Notes: generated by a model not told the origin, from the letters alone. Numbered from the stretch's first letter, positions 43,101-64,000 are shown. The stretch is 64,000 bases of DNA from Macrostomum lignano (GCA_002269645.1 NIVC01002656.1:121846-185845); one strand, 5' to 3'. Numbers and translations are program-made.

Positions 43101-46100
43101 AAAATGCGCCCGAGGGAGAGGGATCGATAAAAACACACAGTTAGGGGGCAGAGGGGGAGAGACTCGGGCGTGCACGTTGGGGTAGAGGGGTAGCGAAAGT
43201 TAAAATACACACTGAAGTTGGAGACGGATCGATAACAACACACAATGTACATTATTTAGGGCGGAAGGGAAAGAAAGGCAGATGGATGGAGACGGCAAAA
43301 TTGAAAGTTGCACATCAACCAAGTGAGGTGGATTACATTGTACTTTAGGGACAGAGGGGAGAGATCTGGGGCCCATGCTATAGATTTAAGAGCAAAGAGT
43401 AAGGAGTTAGGAGTCAGGAGTGCTCCTAGCAAGGAGCGAATCGATTTTGTGTGCTATAGAGTTCAAGAATCAAGAGTTAGGAGCTAGGAGTTGTTTTAAG
43501 GAGTGCAGCATAGGAGTGAGGAGGAGTTCTAAGGAGTGTAAGGCGATTGGCTAAGGAGTCTGCCAATCTACGTGCTATATTAAACTCCTAAATGTACGCA
43601 CCTTAAGGAGTAATTATAGGAGCAATTCGTGAATTCAAACAATGCAAGCAAACCAAAAAGTTGCGTTTGTTAAAGCGATTGCGGCTCGAAAGGACGTGCA
43701 CCTTTTCGGTGCCTTTTCGCCAACAATAACAAAAGCACTCAAGATTGAAATGTGGAGAGAGGTCATCCTTGAATGTCGCCAAGAGTTGATTCTCATTGAG
43801 CCGAAATCCTGACACAGTATTATATTCTTCAAAAAAGTTAATGCTCTGCTTAAATTGTCTGGGTCGTCGATCATTAGCTCCCTCATCGTCCGAGCCTAGC
43901 TCACTGTCCGAAAACATGAAAAAAGAAACGAATCATACGATCCTACTATAACCTAAGAGTGAAATTTGGCCCTTGAAGTCTTAACTAGGAATTAGGAGCT
44001 AGAAATGAGTTTCGCTCCTTCTATAGGACACGCACTCCTAAAACTCACTCCTAAACGGCAATTCCTAGCTCCTAGCTCCTACGCTCCGCTCCTTATTCTA
44101 TAGCACGCGACAAACCTTAATGAGGTCTCCTAAATTCACCAAGGAGTATCCTAACGTCCTTAAGGAGCCTCCTAGCTCTTAAAATTTACTCTTGATTCTA
44201 TAGCACAGAAAAGCCAGCTAGGAGCTAGGAGTTAGGACACTCTTAAGGATTTAGGAGTTAAGAGTATTCGATAGCACGGGCCCCTGAAGTAATTTTACGC
44301 TCCACGACACCTGCTTCTATTCCGTTAGCAGAATTTAAATATACACATGAATACAGCGAGACCGATTACGATAAGGATACACTTTAGGCGTATCCTGTAA
44401 TAAATCCTGGGTAGATGAAGATGGACTTAATATACTTCTAGAAAGCAATTTGTTCGTTAGAAATTAAAGAGGTCGTCACACTGACGGGTTACGTACGAGT
44501 GTATGTAAGAAGCAAGCGATCGAATGCAAATTTTGTTGTCAGAGAAGCAGAAGTATTGTTATGCATTTTTATGAAACATCTGGATGAATAAGCGACTGGC
44601 GCAATGTTTTCTATTGTTTTAAAACTTCTTAGCTTCATCAACTGCTTGGGCAAAGCGCAATAGTTGCTTTCTAAGAAAACAGGATTCTTCTGTAGTTACA
44701 GTAATTAGTTTTCGCTGTGCATTAGTTAACACTGAGTGAAGCATTGTTTTGGTTCACCTGGCAGGTCAGTCCCGATCTCCCGTTCCCTTCGACTCCGGAC
44801 TGGACATGGACTACGAAGAGCTGGAGAGGTGAGAAATCTTGAGCACTTGGATTCTTCTCTATCGCACCAAATATGGCAGCTCAGTTGATTTTTACTGTAC
44901 ACAATACTCTATTATTATTTTTTGCATATTTTATTTATGCACGCAATTATGAATTTTCCTTTTTAAATATCATTGATAGCTGCACCAACTGCACAGACGT
45001 ATTGCCTACCTGTCAACAAGCACAAAAATACTCGTTATTTATTACCTTTGCTTCTCGCTTCTGTCGTCTGCCTACCTGTCTTGAAGTTCAGCCCAGAGAC
45101 TGGAAGAGTGTTTGTAGACTTGGCCCGAGTTCGAAGCTTCTGAGCTGGCTTGGCCAGAGGATTGAATGCCGCGGTGGTGAGTGCCTTTGTAAACTGCTGT
45201 TGAAACTTTATTGAGAGCAGTGGTAAGAACTGTCTAGGGAATTTAGTGGGAGGGCAAGAGCGGCGGTCCGACTCTCGCTCCACGACACCTGCTTCTATTC
45301 CGTGCAAGGCTGCATTCATTTCGGAGCTTGTGCTCGAAACTTTGGCCTGGGGCTTCTGGTCCTGCAATTGCTTGGTCGTGGACTTAATACTTCTTATATA
45401 GGGGTGTGTGAGCCTGCGGATGGAGCAAAAATCGACAGAAAACACCCGAAGCAATGCAGGTACATATTGTAAGAAGCCAGCATCTTTATTCAGTACACTT
45501 TATCGATCAGCAAAATAAAACTTCTAGAGCAAAGTGTACGTGCCAGTTTGATAGTCTGCTTAAACCCTTCCTGTGTGTTTCTTTTGCATTTCCTCAGCTG
45601 ATAAAAGACTGTAATGCACTCTTTAATTTAGAAATTCACAATAAATTTTACGTTTCTTTGATACCTCTTATTTGGGTTTCTCTCTGTCCTTATTATATAC
45701 AAACGCATTTATACTTAACTTTGCGAAGTAATATTGCACATTGAATCTAAATTATGTACATTGAATCTCATCTAGCCCTTCTCGAAACTCTCAATGTACA
45801 TTGAATTTCATCTAGCCCTTCTCGAAACTCTCAATGTACATTGAATCTCGACTAGCCCTTCTCGAAACTCTCAATGTACATTGAATCTCGACTAGCCCTT
45901 CTCGAAACTTTCAATGTACATTGAATCTCGACTAGCCCTTCTCGAAACTTTTAATGTACATTGAATCCCGACTAGCCCTCTTCGAAACTCTCAATGTACA
46001 TTGAATCTCGGTTAGCCCTCCTCTAAGCTCTTTATTTGCAAAGAACAATGGCTAGTCTGTTCTCAGAAGTTTGATTACATGCACACCTAATCCCGACCCC

Positions 46101-47153
46101 TCCCCCGCAACCAAACAACTAGCTAGTTAAAATTGAAACAGAACGATTCTCAGCAGGATAGCAGCAGCTGCCTCAATTTGCGAACCAAGAAAAACTCATA
46201 GAAACTCCTATTTGACGCAAATTTTGCAGCAAAGCTCAGGCTGCGGCCGCGGCCGCTGGTGCCTCCGCAACGGGAGCGGAGGCTGACGATGAAGATTCAC
46301 TGAGATCTTCGCCTATGCCGCTGCCGCCGCCGCCGCCGCCTCCGCCGCCGTTTGACGAGTCGCCGCTGACGGAGCCGCCGTCATCGACGTCGGAGCGGAC
46401 AGTCAGCGGCGCCACCTATCGACTGTCGACGGGCGGGCAGGACCAGCGCCGAGGAGCCGCCAGCGCTGAAACCGACGCCTCCATCGCCGCCGCCGCCGCT
46501 GCCGCCGACACCGACGCCTTCAACAACGATTCCACCTCTCAAATCCCGATAACGCCGAGAGCTCGAAGCGTCGTTGTCAAGGACAACAGCGACGAGAATG
46601 ACGACGCCCGTCTGACGGCGATGTCAGCCGAGGCGCTGCTGGACGAGATGCGTCGTCAACGGCGACTCTGGGAGGCGGAGAAGGCGCGAATGGCGGCAGC
46701 GGCGGCCGAGCTGCCCCGGCTGGGGAGCAGGCGAAGTCTGATGAAGCCGCCAACGGGATGCTGAAGGCTAAACTGCTGGAGTTCGAGCAGCTGCAGCGCG
46801 AGGAAGAGGAGCGAAGCCGGCGGCTGCGGCAGCTGGAACAGATGGAGAATCAGCTCCGGCGTCAGATCAAGGATGCCGAGCTCGCCCTGGCTGACAGGGT
46901 GCGGTGAGTGGCAGGTCCACACGTCTGAGCTGTTTTAATAAATAGTCGGGTAATTCAATCCTGAGCTGCCAGTTTGGATGCGTGAAACTTAAAAACGTCA
47001 TTTTATCATTTAAACAAACTCGCCACCGGACAAACAAAAAAATGCGTTCATTGATTCGAATTCGCACCCGAGCTTAGAGATCGACTGCGCCGCATCAAGG
47101 AAGAAGCCGAGGCCAGAAGACGCCTGGCGGAATTGGAAGCTCGAAGGCAATAA
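40101..47153 (+). CDS. SPATA1: SPATA1-like protein with C-terminal coiled coil. Exons: 40101-40207, 41050-41167, 41258-41311, 42032-42221, 42886-43002, 44765-44828, 46230-46903, 47078-47153. One apparent 1-nt frameshift at 46722-46725.
   Basis: The N-terminus VDLHVYVVPPALWQERLHSAFNQIIGETVSAGFIR|VFPE..LGYEIVPRNFVFCKSVG..|VRSRQEKELKVKHFLPPH|AYCPEIFVL parallels SPATA1 as I recall it (LVELHVFYVP..SAGFIRV..FLFLKC..KQESELKLKSFAPPYA..PELYLL). All splice phases are consistent. A short upstream exon cannot be excluded. Confidence 0.75.
40720..41020 (+). mobile_element. Second copy of the same SINE with a degenerate 5' head
   Basis: GGTTCGATTCT B box, the same core, and the same 3' body (CAGTCCTTGGACTGAACAGCCGTACGCAGC..TTGCACATCTGGCC) as 41650-41962. 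Confidence 0.8.
41462..41668 (+). repeat. 19-bp minisatellite (TTGTAGCCTAGTGGAGGGG) x11 made of the SINE 5' end/A box
   Basis: TAGCCTAGTGG recurs at 41468, 41487 and so on to 41658, at an exact 19-nt period. Confidence 0.95.
41650..41962 (+). mobile_element. tRNA-derived SINE with a CORE(MIR)-like central domain and (ATT)n tail
   Basis: A box TAGCCTAGTGG at 41658 and B box GGTTCGATTCC at 41702. The segment GCAAGACACTTAACTCTGCATTGCTTCAGTTCACCCAGCTGTAAAATGGG resembles the MIR core as I recall it (GCAAGTTACTTAACCTCTCTGTGCCTCAGTTTCCTCATCTGTAAAATGGG). Confidence 0.8.
43369..44283 (-). mobile_element. PIF/Harbinger-type non-autonomous element with CTG (CWG) TSD and a degenerate transposase N-terminal remnant
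   Basis: TIRs are GGGCCCATGCTATAGA and TCGATAGCACGGGCCC, with CTG on both sides (43366-68, 44284-86). The internal minus ORF 43917-43603 reads RRPRQFKQSINFFEEYN..FRLNE, resembling a Harbinger transposase start. Subterminal TAGGAG repeats are present. Confidence 0.7.
45755..46020. repeat. 40-bp tandem array (~6 copies)
   Basis: Unit TGTACATTGAATCTCGACTAGCCCTTCTCGAAACTCTCAA-like. Confidence 0.9.
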
Positions 47154-47349
47154 ACAGAGCTTATCACTTGCTTCACCTGTGCTTGATTTCTTTACAATTT
47201 TTAGTCACAGAGATTCTCCTTAACTAACCAAATCACGTATTTGAGAGAGTAATTACTTTTTTTTGAAAGTACAACACAAATATTGAAGTTGAACGACTCC
47301 TGATTGAGCTGTTCAAGATTGAAGGATAAAGGGAAGAACACAGTAGCTG

Positions 47350-47525
47350 GATGTACCCTGAAGGGTTGATGTTACCCACTGAAGCACCTGAGGGGTTGAT
47401 GTTACCCACTGAAGCAGCTGAGGGGTTGATGTTACCCACTGAAGCACCTGAGGGGTTGATGTTACCCACTGAAGCAGCTGAGGGGTTGATGTTACCCACT
47501 GAAGCACCTGAGGGGCTGATGTACC
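47350..47525. repeat. 30-bp tandem array (~5.5 copies)
   Basis: Unit CTGAGGGGTTGATGTTACCCACTGAAGCA(C/G). Confidence 0.92.
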
Positions 47526-48035
47526 AAGAAAGGACCATGAGCATAGATGTACCCCGTAAAGGATTTTGAGTTTAGGGCTTACCCTAAAGAATCTATGAGT
47601 CTTTGAAAACTTTTTGCTTGATCCCAGTGTACTCATAAGTAGCAAATTTTGCTTTCAGCTCAAGTACGCTCGTAATTTTCCCATACTAATGAAAATTTCT
47701 TTACCTCTGCCAAGCAGCTTGCAAAATTATCGATTCATTAATAAATTATCGCCGATATTTAATCACTGGTTTATAGCCCAGCTTCCCCAGTCCTGCAGTG
47801 CAGCATTGTGAGTTGATTTCACAATCAGCAGGCAGACAGCCAAGAGCTGTGTAGTTGCTATGCAATACGAACTAGCTGACATCCCCCCCACTATCAACTC
47901 CAGTGCTCTAGAGTGTTTTTCTATGCTTTTGCAGGACAGGCTCTTACAATACCCCTTACTGTCACTCAGCTGAGCCCTCTTGCTGATGCTTTCACAGTTA
48001 GTCAGTTCGGGGGGCTGCCGGGCCATGATAAGGGG

Positions 48036-48674
48036 NNNNNNNNNNNNNNNNNNNNNNNNNNNNNNNNNNNNNNNNNNNNNNNNNNNNNNNNNNNNNNNNN
48101 NNNNNNNNNNNNNNNNNNNNNNNNNNNNNNNNNNNNNNNNNNNNNNNNNNNNNNNNNNNNNNNNNNNNNNNNNNNNNNNNNNNNNNNNNNNNNNNNNNNN
48201 NNNNNNNNNNNNNNNNNNNNNNNNNNNNNNNNNNNNNNNNNNNNNNNNNNNNNNNNNNNNNNNNNNNNNNNNNNNNNNNNNNNNNNNNNNNNNNNNNNNN
48301 NNNNNNNNNNNNNNNNNNNNNNNNNNNNNNNNNNNNNNNNNNNNNNNNNNNNNNNNNNNNNNNNNNNNNNNNNNNNNNNNNNNNNNNNNNNNNNNNNNNN
48401 NNNNNNNNNNNNNNNNNNNNNNNNNNNNNNNNNNNNNNNNNNNNNNNNNNNNNNNNNNNNNNNNNNNNNNNNNNNNNNNNNNNNNNNNNNNNNNNNNNNN
48501 NNNNNNNNNNNNNNNNNNNNNNNNNNNNNNNNNNNNNNNNNNNNNNNNNNNNNNNNNNNNNNNNNNNNNNNNNNNNNNNNNNNNNNNNNNNNNNNNNNNN
48601 NNNNNNNNNNNNNNNNNNNNNNNNNNNNNNNNNNNNNNNNNNNNNNNNNNNNNNNNNNNNNNNNNNNNNNNNNN
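48036..48674. other. Assembly gap (639 N)
   Basis: Run of N immediately before the inverted arm. Confidence 0.99.
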
Positions 48675-51600
48675 CTTTGCCGGGAGTTGCCTGCCTTCCT
48701 GCCTGCTGCTCCAAAAGCGAGGAGTTGAGCTTCCAGTTTGGCTTCGTTTTGAATTTGCCTCTATTTCTATGCATAAATGCTAAGTGTGCGCCTGAATTAT
48801 TGAGGCCCAGACCGTATCGCGGCGTCAAACACACGGCCCATTAAATATTCACGCGGCTCAAACAGACCTACCATCGCCAACAGAAGAAAAGCTCACCTCA
48901 TTAATTATTTAGCTTTGCAAATGGAATATTAGATGAGTGTTCTGGCGCACCCCCCGTCTCTCCCCAGCCTCCCCCTCTCCCTTCTCTCTTCTGCCCTCAT
49001 TCCGGGCCTGCGGCCTCCCCCTCCCTCGCATCGCCCAGCAAGGCCCCGGGTAGGCAGGAATGGGGATCTGGGAATATTGCTGAGGGGAGGTGGAGAGGGG
49101 CGCCAGTAGGTGACCCAGCAAACCTGCCAAAGCCCTGCTGACTGACGACTGACTGACTCCGGCTGGCTGGATTGGCTAAAATTTCCCGGCTTGAATCCGT
49201 TCTTCCAGAAGAGCGTTGTAAATCTATCTACAGGTGACAAATTACAAGTAGTTCGGTTTCATCAAGATTCTACGAGCGTATTAAGATGCCAACGAAATCT
49301 CGAGCACAGATTCTGTATTACATAGATGCGTCACTTCAGCATTCGCTAATATATTTAGCAGCCGTCTACGAGGCCCCAAAAACCCCGGAGTTAGGGCCAC
49401 AGACACTGGGTGCTGCTAATGCTTGAGAGCAGCAGAAGCTACAGTCTATGGTCTTAACCCCGGGGTAGGGCCACAGACACTAGCTTTTAGAGAGCAGCAG
49501 AGCTACAGTCTACTATCTGAACCCCTGGGTTAGGGCCACAGACACTAGCTTTTGGAGAGCAGCAGAGCTACAGTCTATGGTCTTAACCCCGGGGGTAGGG
49601 CCACAGACACTAGCTTTTAGAGAACAGCAGAGCTACAGTCTATGGTCTTAACCCCGGGGGTAGGGCCACAGACACTAGCTTTTAGAGAACAGCAGAGCTA
49701 CAGTCTATGGTCTTAACCCCGGGGGTAGGGCCACAGACACTAGCTTTTAGAGAACAGCAGAGCTACAGTCTATGGTCTTAACCCGGGGATAGGGCCACAG
49801 ACACTAGCTTTTGGAGAACAGCAGAGCTACAGTCTATGGTCTTAACCCGGGATAGGGCCACAGACACTAGCTTTTGGAGAACAGCAGAGCTACAGTCTAT
49901 GGTCTTAACCCCGGGGTCTATAGTCGGCAAATACTGTTGCTTTCAAATCTACATGTATCTCGGAGCGTTTGCAAAAAAATACTAAAATAAAAAAGTCAAT
50001 TTCCCAAGCTCAAAACTTAAACGATTTTTGGACAATGTTAAAAGTTTTAAGAAACTGTCTCTTCGATTCGAATGAAACGCTAAAAGGTAAAAACATGCCA
50101 CTTGTCACTTGTAATTTGTTAAATCGTTATCTTCTGAGTTGGTCTGCAGAGTCTCCCCCTATTATTCCTTCATCAGGGCATTGTCTCAATGCCGCCGCCT
50201 CATCCAAGCGATTGCTGATCCACGCCATGCAGGCGCAGGCTTCTTCTGCTCCTGCCAAGCGCTGGGAGAGTCCGTGAATTATTCAGCTTAGTTCAGCTCA
50301 CAGCTGCAGCTGCAGAGAGAATAGGGGGGGGGGGTTGGGCTGGTGCCGGGCTCGAGCTGAAGCCGCTTTCTCTGGCCTGAAGGGCCGGCCAAGCCGATGA
50401 CTTGTGGGGGGGGAGAGAGGGAGATTGTGTGTTTGAGAGTCGGCGTCCGTCTCCTCCGATTTCCCAATCTGACTCACAAATGGGCAAACAAAAATTTCGC
50501 TCCCAGACTCCCCACTCCTCCCCCTCAGGACTTCATTTCAGATTCATGGAGAATGGGGAACAGAGGGGGGGGAGGGCAGACACGGGGTGCGGCCCGAGTT
50601 CCGACCCGATGGAGGAGGCTGGGAGGCTGGCTTCGGCAGTTTCGCGACATCGATCAGGCAGGCCTCGAGAATGTCCAGATTTCAGCGAGAGGAATGCGCC
50701 GCTTTGAATTATGCATTTTGAATTTTGGATTTTGATGAGAATTAAACGAAAAGTGACTGCATGCTTTCAGTTTTAGGGGCAGGGGGTGTTTGCCCCCCCC
50801 CCTCCTAGCGAAAGTTTTTGGGACATGCCAAGTGCCAAGCGTCTGTCACATTTAAAAAAAGTTTTTTGCAATATCCAGTGAAACGACACCAATTCAACAC
50901 ATCCTGGGTGTTTTTAGGCTCAGTGATATCCCAACTCCAAATTCAGGATGTCAAGGTGACAGCCAGGATTTCAGTTGGTATCAGTTACAAAAAGTTACAA
51001 AAAATCAAATAAAATACCAGCATCTCTACCCTACCACGCTGAAATCCACGCTGTGACACAAAAACCCAAGCATGGTCCCTTAAACTTTATTATTTCGTGG
51101 GTGTTTAGTATTTAGAATAAGTTTTTGAGGATCTGAGGATGTTCCAGAGGTGTGGATAATATCATTTTTAAATCCATAAGTTTACTAGATAAAAAATTAG
51201 GCCTAAAAAAACTGAGTTTCCCACACTGGCTTGCAGTGGAAAGCAAAGCAAGTCGAACGAACGAGACAATTTTTATTATTAATGACCGAAAACGAATTTA
51301 AAAGCTTATAAGATAAGATCATGGTGGAAGAGAGCAACCCATGCACAGCAGCGGCTAACAATGAGCTTTGCAAAATTAAACAAACCAAAGCAGTACAAAA
51401 TGCGCTCGACATACTACTGACTTAGGCTAAGCGTGCTAACACGGAACTGAGAGAGTCTTTTGTAATAAAATGTGTTATGAATCTTCTGAACAAAAAATCG
51501 GATTCTGAGTCTACAGAGCCAGCCAAGCGAAAGCTGAGACAGCAATGCGTTTCACACATGAAAATTGTCCGTGAAAATCTGAAGCAACAGCAGCACTGAA

Positions 51601-51738
51601 GCCAAGTAAGACTTACAGCGAGACACAAAACTCAGTCAGTAAGTAAATATTGGTTGCAAAAAAACTTATTTGAGGCCTGCGGGTAGTTAAATTACGGACA
51701 AAGACAGGCGGGGATAGCTAACAACAATATACGAGTGT

Positions 51739-52900
51739 TCAATGATGCACCACAGTTAGCGGCTGGGACTCGAACCCGGGCTCCGGCTCCGGTCGGAACG
51801 GCGCTTCGACGAACACGCGACCGTCGCTGCGCAGCCTGGCGGTCATGCGGGCCAAGTCAAGGCCCGTCGGCAGGTCGAATTCGTCACGGAACTCCCTGAA
51901 GGAGGTTTTGCCGGCGCTGCGGGCCTGTCGCTGGCAGTGCACCACCAGGCGAGCGCCAGAATCGGTGGTGGCGACGCGGACGTCGCTGGCGGAGAACTCT
52001 CCCGGCCAAGGTCCAGCTCGAGCTGATAGAGGCTCACCCGTTTCAGTGTTGAGTGCTGTGGTTGTTGCTGCTGCTGCTGTTGCTGCTGTTGCTGTTGCTG
52101 TTGATGATGCTGCTGCGATGAAGCAGGAGGATTCTGAGCTTGCCGCTGAGCGGATGATGGAGTCAGAAGAGTTGAGTTGGACGACTTGACGCCGCTGGAC
52201 AAAATCGGCGCCGACAAAACCAGTTGACCGTTGGTCACCATCGAGCGCAGCTGGCTGGTGTCCACCCCATCCGGCAGGGTGAACTGCTCGTCGAAGGATA
52301 CGTTGGTCCGTTTGCCAGAGCCAGCGTCGGACAGGCTGGCCCTGCCGGACACCTGCGGTGCGGTGGTGTCGGAGAAGAACTCTCTGTAAGCTATGTGGCT
52401 TTTGGTGCGCTAATGAACTGGGGGATATTTATTGATGAATGACCACACCTTGAGGTGCCATTAGATCAGAACGGGTGTCTAATTCGCTTAGATGTAGAGC
52501 AATTTCATTGATTTTACTCCCTACAGATAGCATAAAATGATAAAAAATCTATCATAGTAAGCAGGGTACCTCCTTGAACCACTGATAAAGTCACGGCACG
52601 AAAACACAAAATTTTATCTATTTAAAGTCTATTTAAAGTAAATGAAAGTGATTAACCTACCTGGACGGTCCGGTCGCCAATCAGGCTGATGCGCAGGTCG
52701 TCCGGCCCGTATCCGTGAACGTCAAACGCCACCCGGTACAGCAGCGAGCCGTCCGACTGCTTCTCCACGTGGCCGCGAACTCCGCCGCCGCCGCCGCCGC
52801 TGCCACCGCTGCCGCCGCCACCACCACTGTTGTTCGACTGGTGATGGTCGGAGGACCGTTTTGATTCGCCATCGAGGCGTCGGAAGAAGTCGTTGATCAT
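51739..52900 (-). pseudogene. Second (inverted) copy of the two-ACD small HSP with a 1-nt deletion frameshift near 52001 (exons 52900-52661, 52352-51739)
   Basis: Reverse complement of 26645-27807. GGCCGGGGAGAG in copy 1 reads GGCCGGGAGAG here, which shifts the frame before ACD2. This may be a homopolymer consensus error rather than real loss. Confidence 0.55.
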
Positions 52901-55504
52901 TTTTTTGCTTTACGGTCGAGGCTGGAGACGGCGTTTTGAGTTGACTGGAAACGGAATTTCGACATTTCATAAGAAACAAAAAAATGCATGGACTTTTCTA
53001 GTGGCTGAGTGTCAGAAGGCCAGTACGATGCATGGAGTCATGCTGCAATGCTAGTGATGCATCGTCTAGTCAGTCAGTTCGCAGGGCCTTGCCTTGAGCA
53101 CAGTTAAGAATCAATGCGACAGGAAGGAAAGCAGTCATTCATATACTGCTGAACCCTGAGCAGGCACACATACGGATATGTACGCAGCAGGCACACATAC
53201 GGATATGTACGCAGCAGGCACACATACGGATATGTACGCAGCAGGCACACATACAGTACGGATATGTACGCAGCAGGCACACATACGGATATGTACGCAG
53301 CAGGCACACATACGGATATGTACGCAGCAGGCACACATACGGATATGCACGCAGCAGGCACACATACGGATACGTACGCAGCAGGCACACACATACGGAT
53401 ATGTACGCAGCAGGCACACACATGGGGGGCCGTAGCCCAGCGGTCTAGCGCAGGCTCTGGTGTGCCAGCGACCCAGGCTCGATTCCAAGTGCAGTCGCAT
53501 TAATTTGGGGCTGAATTGGAATCTCGGCTTGGCTCTGCTCGTGCAATTAACGGCCTTGAGAGCCAACCCCCCAAGGCGCAGTGAAGTGTACATGCCTAAC
53601 GATAAAATAAAGTTAGGGCCGCTGTACACTCCTGTGTGAGTGTGTGCCTGCGTACGTATCCGCGCGCTTGTATGCCTGCTCAGGGGAGTCGTCGGAATGG
53701 GCAGTAATGCCTCTCGCCGGTTGTGTGCCAATGTCGCTTAAAGTGCGCCAGGGTGCACACAACCCCCCTGCCTCTAATAAAAAAGGCACACTCAAACGGA
53801 TATGTACGCAGCAGGAACACACATACGGATATGTACGAAGCAGGCACACTCAAACGGATATGTACGCAGCAGGAACACACATACGGACATGTACGCAGCA
53901 GACGCATGCTCACGCAGGGTTTACGGCGCCCCTAACTTTCCATTTGTCTGGCATTTACGCACCCTCCATGCCCCGGGCTTTGGACCTCACGAGTGTCTTT
54001 CGTGTTTTTGTGCATTACGTCTTAAAAACAGGGTGAGGAATTCTGGATCAAAAGAGATGTCATGAAATCTGGCTGGGTGCTGATAGACACGGTGAAGTGT
54101 CTCTCCATGGAGCATCAAAAAATCTAGCGAGAAGACCTAGTGAGGCTCCAAGGTGTTAAAAGATTTCGCTGGAATAGCTCAGGTTCTAGTAAATTTAATG
54201 TACTCTCATTTATCTCTTTGATATTTCTCCATTTAAAACTACAACTGATGCCTACGCTCGCACAGTAGACAAGAAAGAAAATGTAAGAAACAAAAAATGC
54301 TCCGCAGCGACTTACAGCGGAAACCTTCGAATTGATCGGTTTTGCACAAAATCCTCTTCGATTCTGTCAGAGACTGAACCCCTTAAATCGGTCTCCTGCA
54401 CTCTGTCTATTTATCGTTCTGAGTGTCTGAAAAATTCTGAGGCTGCGAGCTACTTGCAGATTCAGGCAAAAAATCTTGCCAGGCGCTTGAAGTCAAACTT
54501 GCCAAATAAAGTGTGAGGGATGAATGCGATCCGCTTTGAAACACTGGAGAAAATAGGCGGAGAGAGATGATGAGGGCGGGGTGCTGTACAACTGATTGAA
54601 ATTATTGGTTCGCTTTCGTTCCTTCCTTGAAGTTAGTGCGCAAATCGGCTTGCTGGCCGAAGTGGGCGGGTGAAGGCCGCGGAACTTATCTCGACGCCCG
54701 TACATCCGCCTGCCTGTCTGCCTGCCTACCTAGCTACTAAGCTACTGACGAACCCTAAAACCTGATGCAACCTCCGTGCACTCGCCTGACAGTTGAATCC
54801 CCCTGGTTTTGCGGGCTAACCGTCCGACCCTAACCTCCTAATGCGCCCGCAAAGTCCGCCTGCTACCTACCTGGGCTGCAGGAACCAGAGAGCGCCTGAA
54901 AGGCTCTGCCCCACTCCCGCAGGAAGGAATGTAAAAAAGGCAAAGTGCGCAGGCATATAGCCGAAACAACAGTTTGACCATTTGGTTTCTGCGAATGCTA
55001 GGCAGGAAATGCCCCCACGGACCTCGCTCCACTCCCTCGGAGGATTATCCATTTAGCCGAATCTAGCGCTGCATACGAGGTATCGCGCTAGGAAGCTTCA
55101 ATCAAGTCAATTTTTTGTATCAGTCTGATATTTATCCAGCAACTTCAAGTCTTAGCTTTGTAATTGAAGCAAAATCAAGTTAAATATAAGTATATGATAT
55201 AAAATTATTTGCCAATTTGATAAATTTTTAACATTTCATCATATTTTGTCGGTTCAGTTCTTCTAGATCTCAATCAAGCTTACGTCAGAAAGCGCAAAAG
55301 TCTACGAGCTGGCATTGGTTGCTGCACTCTCTAAAACGGTATTGAATGTCCGTACGGGGTTAGCACATTTAAAACGTTTTTTAAAACGAAATAATGTTTT
55401 AACAATCAACAAAAATTAAGTTAGGGGCGCGTACAGACTTCAACGCCAAGTTAAGTCGTTATTTCGAGTGCTCAATTGAAATCTATTCGATGTCATCCCA
55501 AATC

Positions 55505-63142
<7,638 letters not shown>

Positions 63143-64000
63143 CTGCTGAAGGTTTGGGATGTTTTAGTTGCTGTGCTTCCGCTGCTCATGACAAGCTCGA
63201 AATTTGGCACTTTGATGGGGACCGCGTTATGGGAGAAAAGGTAAGAAACACAGGATTAGGATTGGGGGATCTAGGTGTGGGATTTGTATCTGGGAGTGCG
63301 ATTAGAGCTCAGAGTGAGATTGGAGAGCTGGGAGTGAGATTAGAGAGCTCAGAGTCAGACTGGAGAGCTGGGAGCAGATTGGAGAGCTCAGAGTGAGATT
63401 GGAGAGCTGGGAGTGAGATTAGAGAGCTTAGAGTGAGATTAGAGAGCTCAGAGTCAGATTGGAGAGCTGGGAGTGGGATTAGAGAGCTGGGAGTGAGATT
63501 AGAGAGCTGGGAGTGAGATTAGAGAGCTGGGAGTGCGATTGGAGAGCTCAGAGTGAGATTGGAGAGCTCAGAGTCAGATTAGAGAGCTCAGAGTCCGACT
63601 GGATAGCTGGGAGTCAGATTGGAGAGCTCAGAGTCAGACTGGAGAGCTGGGAGTCAGATTGGAGAGCTCAGAGTCAGACTGGAGAGCTGGGAGTGAGATT
63701 AGAGAGCTCAGAGTGAGATTGGAGAGCTTGGAGTCAGATTAGAGAGCTCAGAGTCAGATTGGAGAGCTGGGAGTGGGATTGGGATCTGGGAGAGGGATTG
63801 GGATCTGGGAGGGGGATTGGGATCTGGGAGGGGGATTGGGATCTGAGAGGGGATTGGGATCTGGGAGGGGGATTGGGATCTGGGAGGGGGATTGGGATCT
63901 GGGAGGGGGATTGGGATCTGGGAGGGGGATTGGGATCTGGGAGGGGGATTGGGATCTGGGAGGGGGATTGGGATCTGGGAGAGGGATTGGGATCTGGGAG

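Overview
Eukaryotic (animal) genomic DNA with GT-AG introns, GC-rich exons and introns packed with unrelated minisatellites. This style resembles a free-living flatworm such as Macrostomum, which is inference only. The left part holds a FAM43-like PTB-domain gene (- strand) head-to-head with a 12-exon ERG/KCNH2-type K+ channel gene (2871-24030, +). A two-alpha-crystallin-domain small HSP (26645-27807, +) follows. A single-copy spacer holds an Ikaros/Hunchback-like zinc-finger gene (31064-33848) and a SPATA1-like gene (40101-47153), plus two CORE-like tRNA SINEs, a Harbinger-type element and a MITE with long TIRs. After a 639-N gap (48036-48674), the rest of the window is an inverted second copy of about 15340-30878 (sHSP and KCNH exons 5-12). 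That copy has SNPs and different repeat lengths, so it is either a real inverted duplication or a mis-scaffolded haplotype/homeolog. Five 1-2 nt frameshifts, mostly in G/C runs, interrupt otherwise intact genes and are probably consensus errors. No computation or database search was run. Exon structures were traced by eye from splice phases and remembered family motifs.
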